NCBI RefSeq assembly: GCF_009914755.1
Contig: NC_060933.1
Reading direction: 5' to 3' (one strand)
DNA: 64,000 bases
Source of the DNA: the human T2T-CHM13v2.0 reference genome, Homo sapiens
The notes beneath the pieces were generated by a model that searched no databases, was not told the DNA's origin, and saw only the letters and a list, made by a program, of their open reading frames with translations. Positions 47,391 to 61,870 of the stretch are shown in pieces. Position 1 is the first letter of the stretch. Every line of letters starts with the position of its first letter. The position numbers were made by a program, and so were the translations under genes.

Positions 47391-49259
47391 AACATATATC
47401 TTTATTATACAGGTCCTCTTCTTTGTCCTGTCATGGTGCCTATTGGTTTTCTTTATAGCTATTCACACAATTTTTGCTTATGTATTTGCTTCTTATTAGC
47501 TCCCTCCTTCACGGAGGTAGACACTATGTTTGCCTGGAAGATTTCCTTTCTCACAACTCTGTTGCTTTGAGTACTTGCTTTTCCTTAGTGACACCACTTA
47601 GACTTCCTAGACTAGGCTAAATTCCCTTTGTATATATTTCCTTAGCACCTTGTGCTTTCCTTCTGGAACCCTCAAAATACTTCTAATTCCTTGACCATTG
47701 TTTCTCTTTCCTAATATACTTCCATGAGAAGAGGGTCCCAGTCTGTCTTGTACTATGTCCACGCTGCTCAATATAGTACCCGACAACTAGAAGAGGCTCA
47801 GCAAATGTTACCTCCTATCTGTCCCCATGTTACTATGAATTGTAAGTCCCATGAGCCCCTTAATATTCCTGTAAAGTCTTCATGTTGCTGCCTTCTTTAC
47901 GTGGGGATTAAACCCATGTACAGTCTCTTCATTTTCTTTTATTCTCTTGCACTTCAAAACCATCATGTGAAAATCTAGAATTAGTTATTCAGACACATTC
48001 TTTGGATATTAGATGCAAAAAGTGTGTAAACACAGAGCAAGCAGAATGTGTAGAATGTGAAGTAGGATGCTCACCCATTTGCTTTGATGGTTTAGGGTGG
48101 GTAAGCAATTATACACGTACATACTAAGTAAACATGACCTGGTGGTTTCTGAGAAGCTTCTGATAAATGTATCTCTTTCCTAATTTTACAGTTACATCTT
48201 GTCTTCTTTAGCATTTACATTTTCCTCCTAGCTTTCCCTCTTAGCTCTCCATAGCAGCCTGGTTTTCACTTTTTGTGTCTTCTAGCAGTGGGCATTTTTC
48301 CCAAACACCAAACCTAAGGTGGCTACACTGGTTTGCCTTTCTCTATGGGAAATCCTGTCCTCAAAATAATCCCCAGTTGGCGAAATGCATAGCTAAGGAA
48401 ATTGTTGTCACATGACCAAATCCAAATCAAGCTGTCAAATAAAGAAGACCACTAAATGTTCTGGATAGGCCAAAAATAAACAAAAAGTATGGACTTTCAC
48501 AGACTACTGATAAAAATGTTTTATTCCTCTTCTAGAGGACTTCCCATGTTTAAAGTCACCCTCATGCTAAAACTCTGAGCTGTGGCAATTAAAAATAAAG
48601 CTATATTCTTTTTGATCATTTTGTTATAATAAAATAATAGGTATTTTCCTTCACATTCACAATTATAGCTTTCTACCCCTCCCAAAAAATTCTTCTTCTA
48701 TTTAGTCCCAAGCAAAATAAAATTAAAGTTTGAGAAGCTGTATGACAATCAACAGAAATGCTATCCAGAGAACAATAGCAATCCTATAATGGTAAAAAGT
48801 TAATTATATGAAGACCTGCAGAATTTTAAAATGTCAGAATAATAGAGCAAATTTATTGAAACGAAACTGAGCCTTGAAATGCTTAAGCTTTCACAGGAGC
48901 ACACAAATTTATATTTCAATAAACTTTTAACATAATGTCACTTTAAGACTGAACAACATGTAAAATGGCCAAGGAACAACATTCTCAGTTAAACAGAAAA
49001 GCATCTCTGAGACGTTTGTTATAGGGAAAAATGCAGACCCTGCTGATATGGAAATGGTAGATATTCACTGCTGACTACAGCGATGAAAAAACAGTTCTCT
49101 GAAATACAGGTATTGTTCAAGTTACAAAGAATTAGGCAATATTACAAAGCTAACTTAAGGTTTTCTTGTCTAGGAGGGTTATATTTTCTTTCCTTCCCTT
49201 CATGTATTCCATATCTATCTCTTACACATGGCAAACAACCCTATCCTTCTGGTCAAAAA

Positions 49260-49450
49260 AGCTAGATTTTAATCCTGATGGCGTGAAGCTGAGCAAGGAA
49301 CTTCATTTTCTGAACCTCAGCTCTTTATCGAACTATGCCTTATAGATTTCTCATAATACTTACGGACTAAGCAAAACAAGGTGTGCAAAGCTCTTGGCAT
49401 AAAGCCTTGCATATATTGTATGCCCAATAAATGATGGTGACTGTTACCAT
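49260..49450 (+). mobile_element. MIR fragment
   Basis: GAGCAAGGAACTTCATTTTCTGAACCTCAG ... GTGCAAAGCTCTTGGCATAAAGCCTTGCATATATTGTATGCCCAATAAATG. Confidence 0.65.
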
Positions 49451-50369
49451 TTTCATCTTTTATTTCAGGAAAATAGAAAATACACATCTCTTGTTGTCTT
49501 GTGACTTTAAATGTGTCCTCTTGGTCAATCTTCATGGCACTCAGTTTTATAGTTCTCAAATTCCATTACAGCAATTTCAAAATGTTTTGCAGCAGTTCAC
49601 AAAACTGATAAATAGACAGTCACCATTTAAAAAGGAAAAAAAGTATCATGGATGACCTAAAATATCACTGCAGTCACTTGAGCACTGAAGTTAAAAAAAT
49701 TCAATACTAAAAGTAAAATGCTGTCTTTTGATGATCACTCACAGCAATGCGATTGCAAAGACAATTGCAAATTTGGTCATAAATCAAGCGGAAGTTTTTA
49801 AAACTGGCCATCTAAATAGGCAACAATATATTTATACTAATTTTAAAAATCATTTTGAAAATTTTAAAAGTTTTCTAGTCCTGAAAGTCCTTGTGGGTTC
49901 CCTGGGGAAAAAAAAAAGTCATCATTATATGCCAGTTTGTAAAACCAAAGTTATAGAGCAAAAGAATTTTGTGAGTGTTGTTCTAGAGAGCAGATTCATC
50001 TGCAGAGGCTAGAGGTGAGACTGAACTGTACCCACATTTTACAATAAATATATGTATTCCTATTTAAAATGCATTTAAAAATCAATGCTTTAAAGAAAAC
50101 AGGGTAAAAGGAATTACAGGAGGGAAAAACTCACTCCCATATTTTCTTTGTATTTTTTACTTTGCTTTGCATATTTTTTCAATCATTCTTTGAGAAGTTT
50201 GCCATAACCAATCCAAGGTCATAATCAAACCTATGGAGCTAAGTCAGGTAATATAAAAAAATTTATCTGGTCATGTGTAAGAAAACGTGGAATGGCAGGA
50301 ACTCTGGTGGACTAAAGAGCAAATACTCCTTATAATGAGGGCGTAACTTCTATCGGGTTCCAAATGATC

Positions 50370-50472
50370 ATTACCATAAAAAGACATGTGTCCCAGATCT
50401 TGTAATTTTTAATAAACTAGGAAACTAGAACTTTATATAAAATCTTATTTTTCAGTGATGCAGCTGTTTTAA

Positions 50473-50510
<38 letters not shown>

Positions 50511-50580
50511 ACCACTACGCAAGCTAAACGAAACATATCTCTGAGCCAAATTCATCCCCAGATTCCAATTTGCAACCATC
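50370..50580. mobile_element. MER103-like hAT-Charlie fragment containing an A35 tract
   Basis: CTTTATATAAAATC ... AAACGAAACATATCTCTGAGCCAAATTCATCCC ... CCAATTTGCAACC resembles the recalled MER103C end. Confidence 0.5.
50475..50509. repeat. Poly(A)35
   Basis: Read directly. Confidence 0.97.
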
Positions 50581-52192
50581 AGCATTTAGGGACAACTGAG
50601 GGGCAAACAGAACCAAACTGCTGGGTGGTCTGTAGAAACCTTTGTCTCACCAGATGGGTTGGGAGATTAAAGAGTTTGAGACCCACTGCCCTAACATAGT
50701 AGCATGAACGAACATGATTTCAAGAATATCTAGTTGTTCATTTTGACCAAGGGTTATTTAAATTAGATAAGGATTAAAATTAATTACAGCCTTCTTATAG
50801 CTGAGTAGCTCAGTAAGCGCTGCTTGGAATTATCTTACATCTTGATGTCTCTCTACACATAGAAACCACCCAGCAAGTCACTAATTGGCATATTCTGCAG
50901 AAGTCTCTGGAGAGAAGCTAAGAAAGTGAGCACTTGCTAGCTTCTGCATGCTCCTCAAGCATGCTTTCCCTGGAGATGGGAGCTGTCACAGGATACTTTG
51001 ATCACTGGAGGCGCTGGGGCTCCTCCTCACTTTCAATATGTCCGGACTTTAACAGAAACACAATATTGTACTAAATCCAATCTTTTTTTTTTATACTTAT
51101 GAGGAAGCAAAATAAAATGGACAATTAAAAATCTATGAAGGTCGATTGATTTCCTCTACTAGCAATTATGCCTCATAATTGTTTGCTGAAGGAGAAATTG
51201 GCATTTTACAAAGCCAATGATTGGCTGGGATTTTGTGCTTACTAAACCTCTGTGGATTTAGAGTTTGGGTTTGGATAAAAACCATGAATTGAGCAGCACT
51301 TGAGAAGCCTCTCCAAAAGCCTTTCATCTAGAAGCAGGCTGGTGAGTTCACGAGGTTTCTGACATTTCTCCTATCCCAACCAGGTTGGAACCCCACTGTA
51401 ATCAAAATTCACAATGTTCCAGAACCTAGACTTTGTTTCTCATTAAAAATCCAACAGACAAAAAAATCCAGGAGGCCTGCTAGCCAAACCTTTTCACACG
51501 GCAGGGAAGGTTTGCATTCAGTTTTATTTTAAGTTAGCAGACTAGGTCGGAACTCATTTTGAAGCCTGATGAAAGACTGAGAGCCTGCGTTTCATCTTCT
51601 GATTAATCCAAAATTAAACAATTCAGAGATTTTCATCACTTGGTCTTTTCTTTTAAACATATGTGACAGATAAGAAATAGCCATCTCTAGCACACATAGC
51701 AGGATACATTGTGTTTGCCTGCAGGCTCTTTGTGGGCCATTCTTAAGCTTATTCTAAGATCAGATAGTAAATCACAATTTCCTTTTAAGGGACTGTTACA
51801 GTTTTCACCTCTTATTGAAACCAAAATGTGTATTTTTCACTACTTGAACATTACTTACCTGCTGTTCATAGTCTCTATAAAAAAATTCTCATCTTATTTA
51901 AAAAAAAATTTTGAAGTGAATACATGATTTATGCATTCTTGTAACACAAGAAAGGAAAAGGAAATTAGGCATATATCTCAAGGCTCATTAGTTGCATTTG
52001 AGTTAAACATAAATTTTTGGAAATAACTAAGTATTTTGCAATTCCAAGGTTTTGTTTCCTAAATCAAAACTTTAAAATTAAAAGATTTTGTAAAGAATAA
52101 ATAAGCAACACTTCAGGATAGAATGTGAAATCCAATATAACAAGTAACAGTATGGATATTGCAGGGAGACAAATGACAGTCCCTCTAGATAA

Positions 52193-52654
<462 letters not shown>

Positions 52655-52663
52655 TCTATCTGT

Positions 52664-52958
<295 letters not shown>

Positions 52959-53271
52959 TCTATCTCTCTTTTCTAATTCACCACAATCCATTGTGATTAT
53001 TTGTCTCTATGGATGTCTTCCTCAAAGACTGTGATCTTCCCAAGGACTAAAGCTTAATTGTCTTTTTATCCTCACCATAGAGCAAAACACCTGATATTTC
53101 TTTTGCATATGCACTTGTTCATTTACACACTGAACTTGCAAATGAGTATTTTGAGATGCTTTATAAAAAAGAGGTTCTTACAATTTGCTGGAAGAAAAGA
53201 CACAGCCATAAGTAAAATAGAACAGAGTAAAAGTAAAAGGTGATTAGTTGGTGCCCAGACAATTGCTACAC

Positions 53272-53760
53272 AGTACCAGTCAGGGTCTCAGCAGGAATCT
53301 GATGGCACATTCAAATTGAATCCATTAAGTAGAGTTTAATAAAGAGACTATTTGCAAAGGTGTCAGAAGGATCTAAGAAATGAAAAATAAAAAGTGGATA
53401 GTAGAGTGCCTCCAGAAAAATAACAGAGGAAAACTCTGGAGTTTTTACTACTCTCGGCCTGAAGGGCAAGACGAGGAAGTTGTTAGTGGTAGCCAGAGAA
53501 AGAACTCTGTAGAGAGGGCCACCTGATAGGAGGTGTGGACTTACCAAGAGAAGTAACTAACCTGCAGAGAGCTCAGAGAATAAGTACCTAGTCTCACTCT
53601 CTCCGCTCCTTTAGATCTCTTTCCGGAACCTCTCATGGGCCAAATTTGATGGAATTCCAAGGGCAGAGAAATCCCTTGATAGAGTTGATATGAATCAGGC
53701 CCCAGAGCAGGGAGCAGGGTGTAGAAAGAGGTGGAAGGAGAAGACATGTAACACATAGTA
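53272..53760 (-). mobile_element. Ancient LTR remnant (family uncertain)
   Basis: CCAGTCAGGGTCTCAGCAGGAATCTGATGGCACATTCAAA ... AGAGTTTAATAAAGAGACTATTTGCAAAGGTGT resembles the reverse-complement 3' end of old eutherian LTRs. Confidence 0.5.
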
Positions 53761-54106
53761 TAATCTTGCAAATTCATTTCTGCCCATTTTAGCAACCAGC
53801 CAGAACAAAATGAGATGCCTAATTGGTTTCGAAAATCTGTGCATTTATCATTAATAGCATATCAATGGTTTGTGAAAAGACACAAAGACTTGAGATAAAA
53901 ATCTCCCATGGGAAGCTCTGAGAGTGACTTTCGTAGAGTTCCTTCTTGTAGCATGCACCGAGGCACACTGAGGCACGGTATACAGAGCAATTGAGAAGTA
54001 ATTCTGCAAGTTCACAATAATGGGTTATAAACCTACCGGTCTCATGGCTTGATAATATAAGGCTAAATTTTAGAGAACTTGGAGAAACTGTCAAACTGAG
54101 TATCTT

Positions 54107-54841
<735 letters not shown>

Positions 54842-55095
54842 TTAAAACAGTTGAACAACTGACAGTTCATATTCTCTGACAAAGGCAAGGATCACATACG
54901 AATGAAAATAAAGCTGTAGTCTTACTTATCAAATGAACGAAAGATAGGGCCAGTTCTCGCGTGAAATGTAAGGTGCCTAATTCTAATATGTATCTGAATG
55001 GGTGTTCAACACAAGCCACCCCACGCCCACAGGGTCAGGATGGTCCTAAACTCTCTGAAAGACTCAATCAACATTTGTTTTAAAAAGCAGAAATT

Positions 55096-55390
55096 ATCAT
55101 TCTACTCTATGTGATTAACTTTTGTTGGTGGGTACAAACATATTGTTGGATAGAAGAACTAAGTGCTAATGCTCAATAGCAGAGCAGGGTGACTACAGTT
55201 AACAACAACGAACTGCATATTTCAAACCAGCTAGAAGAGAGGATTTGAAATGTTCCCAACACGTAGAAATGATAAATGCTCAAAGTGATGGATATTCTAA
55301 ATACTTTGACTTGATTATGACACATTCTATGCATGTAACAAAATAGCTGATGCACCCCATAAATATGTATAAATATTATGTATTGATTTT
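55096..55390 (+). mobile_element. Short 5'-truncated L1MA 3' end with a small inverted 5' piece
   Basis: L1MA 3' UTR (GCTAGAAGAGAGGATTTGAAATGTTCCCAACAC ... CCCCATAAATATGTATAAATATTATG). Perfect 14 bp TSD AAAAAGCAGAAATT (55082-55095 / 55391-55404). Confidence 0.9.
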
Positions 55391-55574
55391 AAAAAGCAGA
55401 AATTGAAACACACAGTGGGGCACACTCCCAGTTTGTGCTTTCTTTATCTTTGCTACCAAACAGATGCCACAGGAAAGCATTTTCTTCTCTTCAGTATATA
55501 TAATGAAAGAAACCAGTTATTTTACTACTTGTTACAATTAAAAAAAAAAAAGCTCATGTCCCCTTCTGGTGTTC

Positions 55575-55830
55575 TAATCATCATCATCACTCAGAGTTTT
55601 AAATTGCTTACTAAAGTGCCAGACATTCTACTGAGTACTTTATATGCCTTACCTCATTTAAATTTTATGTAAATATCACCATTTCCAATTTACAGGTGAG
55701 GAGACTGAGGAACAGAAAGCTTAAGTAATGTGCTCAAAGTCATCCAGCATGCCAGAGGATTTAAACTTTGAAAGTCTGGTTTCAGAGACCCGCCTCTAAA
55801 CTGCCACACAATTTCAACACCGTAGTCTAA
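55575..55830 (-). mobile_element. MIR
   Basis: CCAATTTACAGGTGAGGAGACTGAGGAACAGAAAGCTTAAGTAATGTGCTCAAAGTCA is the reverse-complement MIR core. Confidence 0.8.
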
Positions 55831-56262
55831 CATGAGACAGGGAAAGTAGATTGGAAAGCCTTCCTGGGAAATGAGAAACGACAGAACCAAGAATTGTTGC
55901 GCAAATAATACTTGTGGCTAAACACTTCCCAAACTAGGATTTTACAAAACATCTTATCCTGTAAGATGCAAAAGGAAAACAAGGATTCCAAGGATAGTGA
56001 AGCTGAAAAACACAGCATAGTATAATTCTATTTTATGAGAAATACAATACGTATGATAATATTACAGGCTCTGATAAAATATTTATTAAAATATTTTTTC
56101 TCTTTCATTATCTAGATGATCCTAAAGTTATTTCATCAATGAATTCATTCATTGCTTCATTCAATGAAATGACCTGTGTGTTCCTAAATCCAAAGGACTT
56201 CTAGGCAGCTCTAGACACAATAGACCTTGCCCTCCTTTTGAAACATGCTCTTTGCATGGCTG

Positions 56263-56814
56263 TGTAGGGGCCAAGGGAAAATTTCGACTTCAGCCTCTGA
56301 AAAGTTTGCCGAAAATCAACCGACAAAAGGCAGATTAATAGGAGAAAAGGCATACAAATATACTAACATGCATGGGAGTCATGCAAGATATAAGAGCGCA
56401 AAACAATGGCCGGGTAGTTGATAATTTTATGCCATTTCGAGGGTATAGAAAGAATGGGGGCTTGGAGCATGGCAAAACAGGTTATGGGATGGGGAGAAAA
56501 GAAGACCTAGCTAGCAAAGGTAGTGCTGTTCCATAGATGAAACATCACAGGTAGCAGCCCTCAGAGAAGATATATGGCAAATGTTTCTTTTAAACCTTTA
56601 AAGGTGTCAGACTCTCAGTCAATCTTTCCTAGATCTGGACAAGGGAGGGCCTCAGAGAAAACCTGGCTGCGTCAATGAAGATTCTCTACAGATACAAATC
56701 TTTCCCACAAAAGACAGCTTTACGAGGCTACTTCTGTTTGCAGGTCCTCTGAACAGCCATCTAAAAATATGTCAAAGAAGTATATTTTGGCATGAAATAT
56801 TTTGGCTTTTATCA
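56263..56814 (-). mobile_element. ERV1-type solo LTR (MER34/MER39/LTR48/LTR49 group, exact family uncertain)
   Basis: TG...CA termini. AAAATCAACCGACAAAAGGCAGATTAATAGGAGAAAAGGCATAC and AAAATATGTCAAAGAAGTATATTTTGG motifs. 4 bp TSD-like GCTG / GCTT. Confidence 0.8.
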
Positions 56815-57409
56815 GCTTTTGCAATATAATGATCTTGGTTTCTTTCCTTCTATATATTTTTGGTTAGTCTTTCACTAGCTCATCCACTGCCTGCCAGTCA
56901 GCAATATTTGGAGTCCTCAGGCCTCAACCCCAGGTCCTTTCCTTCTCTCACTCAAGAGTCTCTCTCTAGATTACTGCATTCATAGCTTTAAAAATCCACC
57001 CATTTGCAGATGACACCCACATTTAAATCAATATCCCAGACTTCTTTAAGCTCCAAAACCATTTTTCCAACCTCCCATTTGAAATCATGTTTATGATGTC
57101 CCAATGTCCTCTCAAGTGCAATATATTCAAAGGAAACCTTGCTATTTTCCTCCTAAACCTTGTCCCCTTCCTGTAGTGTGCTCTCAGGCAGTGATAGAAG
57201 GAAACATCAATTTACTTACCAATACCTGGGTATCATCTTGTGACTCTCTTTCCCTTACTGCCCATATTCAATCATCATATCTTGTTGACTCTGTTGTTAA
57301 ATGTCTCTCAAAATCTTTCAATTTTTTCATCTTGACAATTATAAGTATAGTCCAAGTTACCAAAATCATTTTCCTCACCTTTTTGCAACAACATAGAAAC
57401 TGTCATATG

Positions 57410-57737
57410 TAGTTGTCCCTCAGTATCCACAGAGGATTGTTTCTAGGGCTCGCTTACATAGGTCCCTTATATAAAATGGCATGGTATTTGCATATAACCT
57501 ATGTGCATTTTCCTGTACTCTTTAAATGACCTCTAGATTACTTATAATACCTAATACAATGGAAATGCTATGTAAATAGTTATTGTACTCTATTATTTAG
57601 GGAATAATGACAAGGAAAAAAGTATGTATGTGTGTAGTACAGACGAAATCATCCCTTTTTATTTTTCCAAGCATTTTTGATCCATGGTTGGTTGAATCCA
57701 CAGCTGTGGAATCCATGAACAGGAAGAGCCAACTCTG
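57410..57737. mobile_element. MER2 (TcMar-Tigger non-autonomous element)
   Basis: AGTTGTCCCTCAGTATCC ... CCCTTATATAAAATGGC ... CTCTAGATTACTTATAATACCTAATACAATG ... GGTTGGTTGAATCCAC ... GAAGAGCCAACT, with degenerate TIRs. Confidence 0.88.
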
Positions 57738-58589
57738 CATATCTATCGTGCATCAGCCACTCTAATCCAATCTATTCTTCACCTTACAGACACACCCAAC
57801 AAGCCCAAAATGTGTGATATTTTTAAGTGCCAATATAATTTTTCTACTTAAAATATATCAATGGCTTGTCATTTATTTGATTATAAATAAAACCTTCTTA
57901 AGATGTCCATCAGTGCCTTCTATGCATGGCCCCTGTCTATCTCTTCAGCTTCATCTAAGATTTCTCTTTTGCTCAGTCTCCATTTGAAAGACCTGGACCT
58001 TTTGTAATGCAACACACACGCTGGACTCACACCTAGAATACTGGCACAGCTTATTTGTTCTATGTGTTTCTTTTTCTTCCTCTTCTATTTAGTAACTACT
58101 CAATCTTAAGATGTTAGCCATGCATCACTTCTTCAGAAATACCTACTTTAACTCCCAGATGAGACCTAATGCCCCTATTTTAAACTTTCATGAAATTACA
58201 TGGTTATCCTTTATAGCACTTGTCTTATTTACAATTTTACATTTTCTAGATAATCATTAGCTCAATATTTATCTTCCCCCATGACTTGAAGCTAAATGAG
58301 AGCAAGCAGTGTACTTTTTGTTCACTACTATTATCTCTAGTGCCTAGCATAGTACCCTGAACAATGTAGGTGGACCTGGAGCCAGGCACTATCTTATCAG
58401 CCCCATGCTAGGTGCTGTCATAGAACATGCAAGAAGATAAAGGGCACCTCTTTGCTCATAGAATTTGTAGTCTAGTGTAAGAAAAAGGTAATCAATAAGC
58501 AAGTGCAATGCAATGTGTGATGGGGTTAAAACATGTGCTTCTGGGGAAAACTCAGACGTGGATGGTTAAAGAAGATTTTCGTGAAACGA

Positions 58590-58790
58590 AAGACCTAAAT
58601 AATAATGATCACTATGTGAACACTGAGTGCATAGCAATTTACACTGCTCTTCATCTAATAAGGGAGGTACATAGGAAAACTAGGGGGCAAAAAAGGTGTG
58701 TGACTTGCCAAGGTCACTTGGCTAATTAAAAGAGGATCTCAATTCAAACCTAGACAGTCTGGCTCCCCTAGTGTGTTCTTAACTCCATAT
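58590..58790 (-). mobile_element. MIR
   Basis: GTGACTTGCCAAGGTCAC ... AATTCAAACCTAGACAGTCTGGCTCC. Confidence 0.7.
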
Positions 58791-60573
58791 TGTGTGGAAT
58801 CTTTTTGGGTTACCTAGACAAAGGAGAGTCAAGAGATAGTCAGGGTTCCAAAGGAAGGGTAGAGCAAAAGCAAAGACTCTGAGGCAAAAACAAAGAACTC
58901 TGAGCTTCTGAGAAACTAATTAATCATGTTGCATTTTTTGGGGGTGGGGGGGGAACCATGAGCGACAATGGAGAGATTCAACTGGAGAAGGGCAAACCAA
59001 AAACAGCTAACTCTTTTTAAAAATCCTATTAAACCCTTATCCTTTGGGACGTGTGTTTTTGGAGGACTGTAAGAGAATATTGCTCAAAACAAACCAAAGA
59101 CTGTTGTTATAGGTCCAGTACCTACATGAGCCACCACTCCTTTTCAGGACCACAAATAAAAGACTACATCAAATTAAATTATTTTACAAATATACATTCT
59201 CTAGTCACAAAAAGGGCTCAAAGGGAGAATTTGACTTCATTCAAAACAAACCTACTCCAGCAGGTTCACATGAACCTCAGAGTTTTAGAACTTGAAAATT
59301 TTTTATCTTACCAAGTCTATTTGCAATGATGAGGAAAAAATACAAAGACAATTCTAGAAATCACTTCCCCTAAAAAATATTCAAAAAGGATATAGTTAAA
59401 AAATATAGAAAATATAGTGAGCTGGTCCTTTCAGCCTCACATCTTTGAAGGACTATGCAGGGAAAGAGGGTGTAATGCTAGATCAGGCATTTTTGCACAT
59501 ATTATCCACAGAGAAATCTAAATCTATAACCATCATCATAAAATAAAGCAAGAAGAAAATCAGAAAGAAATGAATGAAGGGCAAGTGATAGCCGAGGGGC
59601 TCACAACAATTAATTATTAAAATGCCTTAAAAGAGCAAAGAAAATGCTTATCAGATCAGCAAAGCACCTTTTAATAAATAATATGATTTGGGTTTAATTA
59701 ATGGCCTAATTACAGTTTTACCCAATAGGCTTAAATGCTCCAAAGGAGCAGTTTGAGCCTCTTTGGTAGATAATCTGTGTTTTTAAAAATGTTCTAATTA
59801 CATATTTGCTTGAGTAAATAATGTGCATTTTACAAAACTGCCTAATGATATATTTATGTGACTATATTTACCCAAATGGCCTCTCATTCTGTACTAATGG
59901 AGTTGGGATTACTGTTCCTGAGAGATACAGGAAAATCGGATGGCTCCAGCTTTCACCCTAACACCCCTGTTATTCTCACACTGTTCTCGCTCTCTCACCC
60001 CAAAACATACCACTGAAAGCATATGACCCACTTATTCATCATCAGTTTAAACAGAAAGAAAATTCTTCCTCAGCCTTTTGTGTAAACACATTTTGCAGAG
60101 AGGATATATGCTTGAAAAATGAGTATTAATACTGTATAATGCTCCATTAAAAATAGATAATGAGACTGTGACCAAGGCAGAACATCCAAGGTTTAAGTAG
60201 CTGCATAATTTATTCTGTTCTTTTTATAGTAAGTTACAATCTTTACAAAGACTCAGACTGCATGTATTGGAATCAGATTGCGATGGCTTAAAGCCACATG
60301 ATGGTCTGCAATAAGTAACAGACAAGTCATAAAAAACTGAGTTGGAACCTCCCAGTTTTGTGGTGGCACTCTCCATTCATAACTTTTAAGTCATTTTTTG
60401 TGTGTTTTTGAGACATAAATCTAGAAAAAATGGATGCATATTCATAACATTTTATGAAAAGGCACTAAAAGTTCCATTTCATAGTTTTCCCATAAAATCT
60501 GACTCAGCAGACATTTACTGTTTGAAATTAGGTGATGCTTCATTCACAAATTAATGAAAAGATTCCTTTTAAG

Positions 60574-61185
60574 CATTGAAATATGGTGGCTCCTCAAAAA
60601 ATTAAAAATAGAAATTACCATATGATCCAGCAATTCCACTCCTGGGTATATATCTAAAGGAATTCAAAGAAAGATCTTGAAGAGATACTTGCACGCTCAT
60701 GTTCACAGCACCACTATGCACAATAGCCAAGAGGTAGAAGCAACCCAAGTCTCTATTGACAGAAGAATGGATAAACAAAATGTGGCACATACATGAAATG
60801 GAATATTATTTAGCCTTAGAAAGAGAGGAAATTCTGACACATACTGTAACAGGAATAAACCTGATAATGTTATGCTATGTGAAATAAGCCAGTCACAAAA
60901 AGGCAAATACTGTATGATTCTACTTCTGTGGGGTATCTAGAGTAGCCAAGCTCATTGATACAGAAAGTAGAGTAGGGATTTCCAGGGACCATGGGGATGC
61001 GAGAATGGGTAGCTGTTATTTAATGTGTATTGAGTTTCAGTTTCACAAGGTGAAAAAGTTCTGGACATTGGTTACACAACTATATAAATATAATCAACAT
61101 TATTGAACTGTACACTTAGAAATGGCTAAAATGGTATATTTTATGTTATGTGGTTTTTGCCACAATAAAATTTTTTAATGCATTA
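60574..61185 (+). mobile_element. 5'-truncated L1MB-like 3' end
   Basis: AGAAATTACCATATGATCCAGCAATTCCACTCCTGGGTATATATC ... GAAATAAGCCAGTCACAAAAAGGCAAATACTGTATGATTC ... CCACAATAAAA. TSD core TCCTTTTAAG (60564-60573 / 61189-61198). Confidence 0.92.
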
Positions 61186-61234
61186 AAATCCTTTTAAGAT
61201 AGTCTATGTATTGGCAAAGGCTTACTATTTCCTT

Positions 61235-61870
61235 CATGCTTATTAAGCATTTACTGTGTAATAGTAGCCCTACAAGTAACACAGAAGTGTCTTTAATTCA
61301 ACTCTGGGTTGGTTACCACATCAGCCAAACTTACATTTTTTATAGGTTTCCGTAATCACCCTCTTAGATACAGTTCACTATCCCCATTTTACAGAGCAAG
61401 AAATTGAGGCACAGAAGTGTTAAAAGACAAAGCAGAAATTTCAAGTCAGATACTAGGTCACGAGCTCAACTAGAATATACACTCATTGTTCAATAATCTA
61501 TGTAATAAAGACCAGAGATAGAAGACTAATCACTGAAATGGCCCCAAACCTTTTTCAAAGGCACATTCTTTCTGGTGTCCACACCCAATAGAAAATAAAG
61601 TTTGACTAGAATCGACTCTCATTTCTCCTTTGTTATTAAAACAATTTGTCACTGTGACAACAAACATCTATTGAAAACTTATTCTGTGGCAAATACTGCA
61701 TCTTTCCTATGCCCTGTAGGAAGATACTATTACCTCCCCATTTTACAGGTAAAGAAACTGAAGCTTAGAGAATTGAAGTAATAGGCTCATGTTCTAGTTT
61801 ATAACTACGAGGGCTAGGATGAGGTTTCAAACCTAGACCTTCCAACATTTGAGCTGCACTCAATAATTAC
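61235..61870 (-). mobile_element. Two MIR fragments (~61235-61480 and ~61650-61870)
   Basis: ATCCCCATTTTACAGAGCAAGAAATTGAGGCACAGA and CCCCATTTTACAGGTAAAGAAACTGAAGCTTAGAGA cores. Confidence 0.75.

Larger units (their letters stand above)
56150..58370 (+). mobile_element. Long L2 fragment interrupted by an ERV1-type LTR and MER2
   Basis: L2 motifs in order (CCCTCCTTTTGAAAC; TGCAGATGAC; CCCATATTCAATCA; TTTTGTTCACTACTATTATCTCTAGTGCCTAGCATAGT). Confidence 0.75.

Noticed and set aside
51001-51020. CTCF-like CACTGGAGGCGCTG
   Set aside because: One base short of the core spacing, so a weak match.
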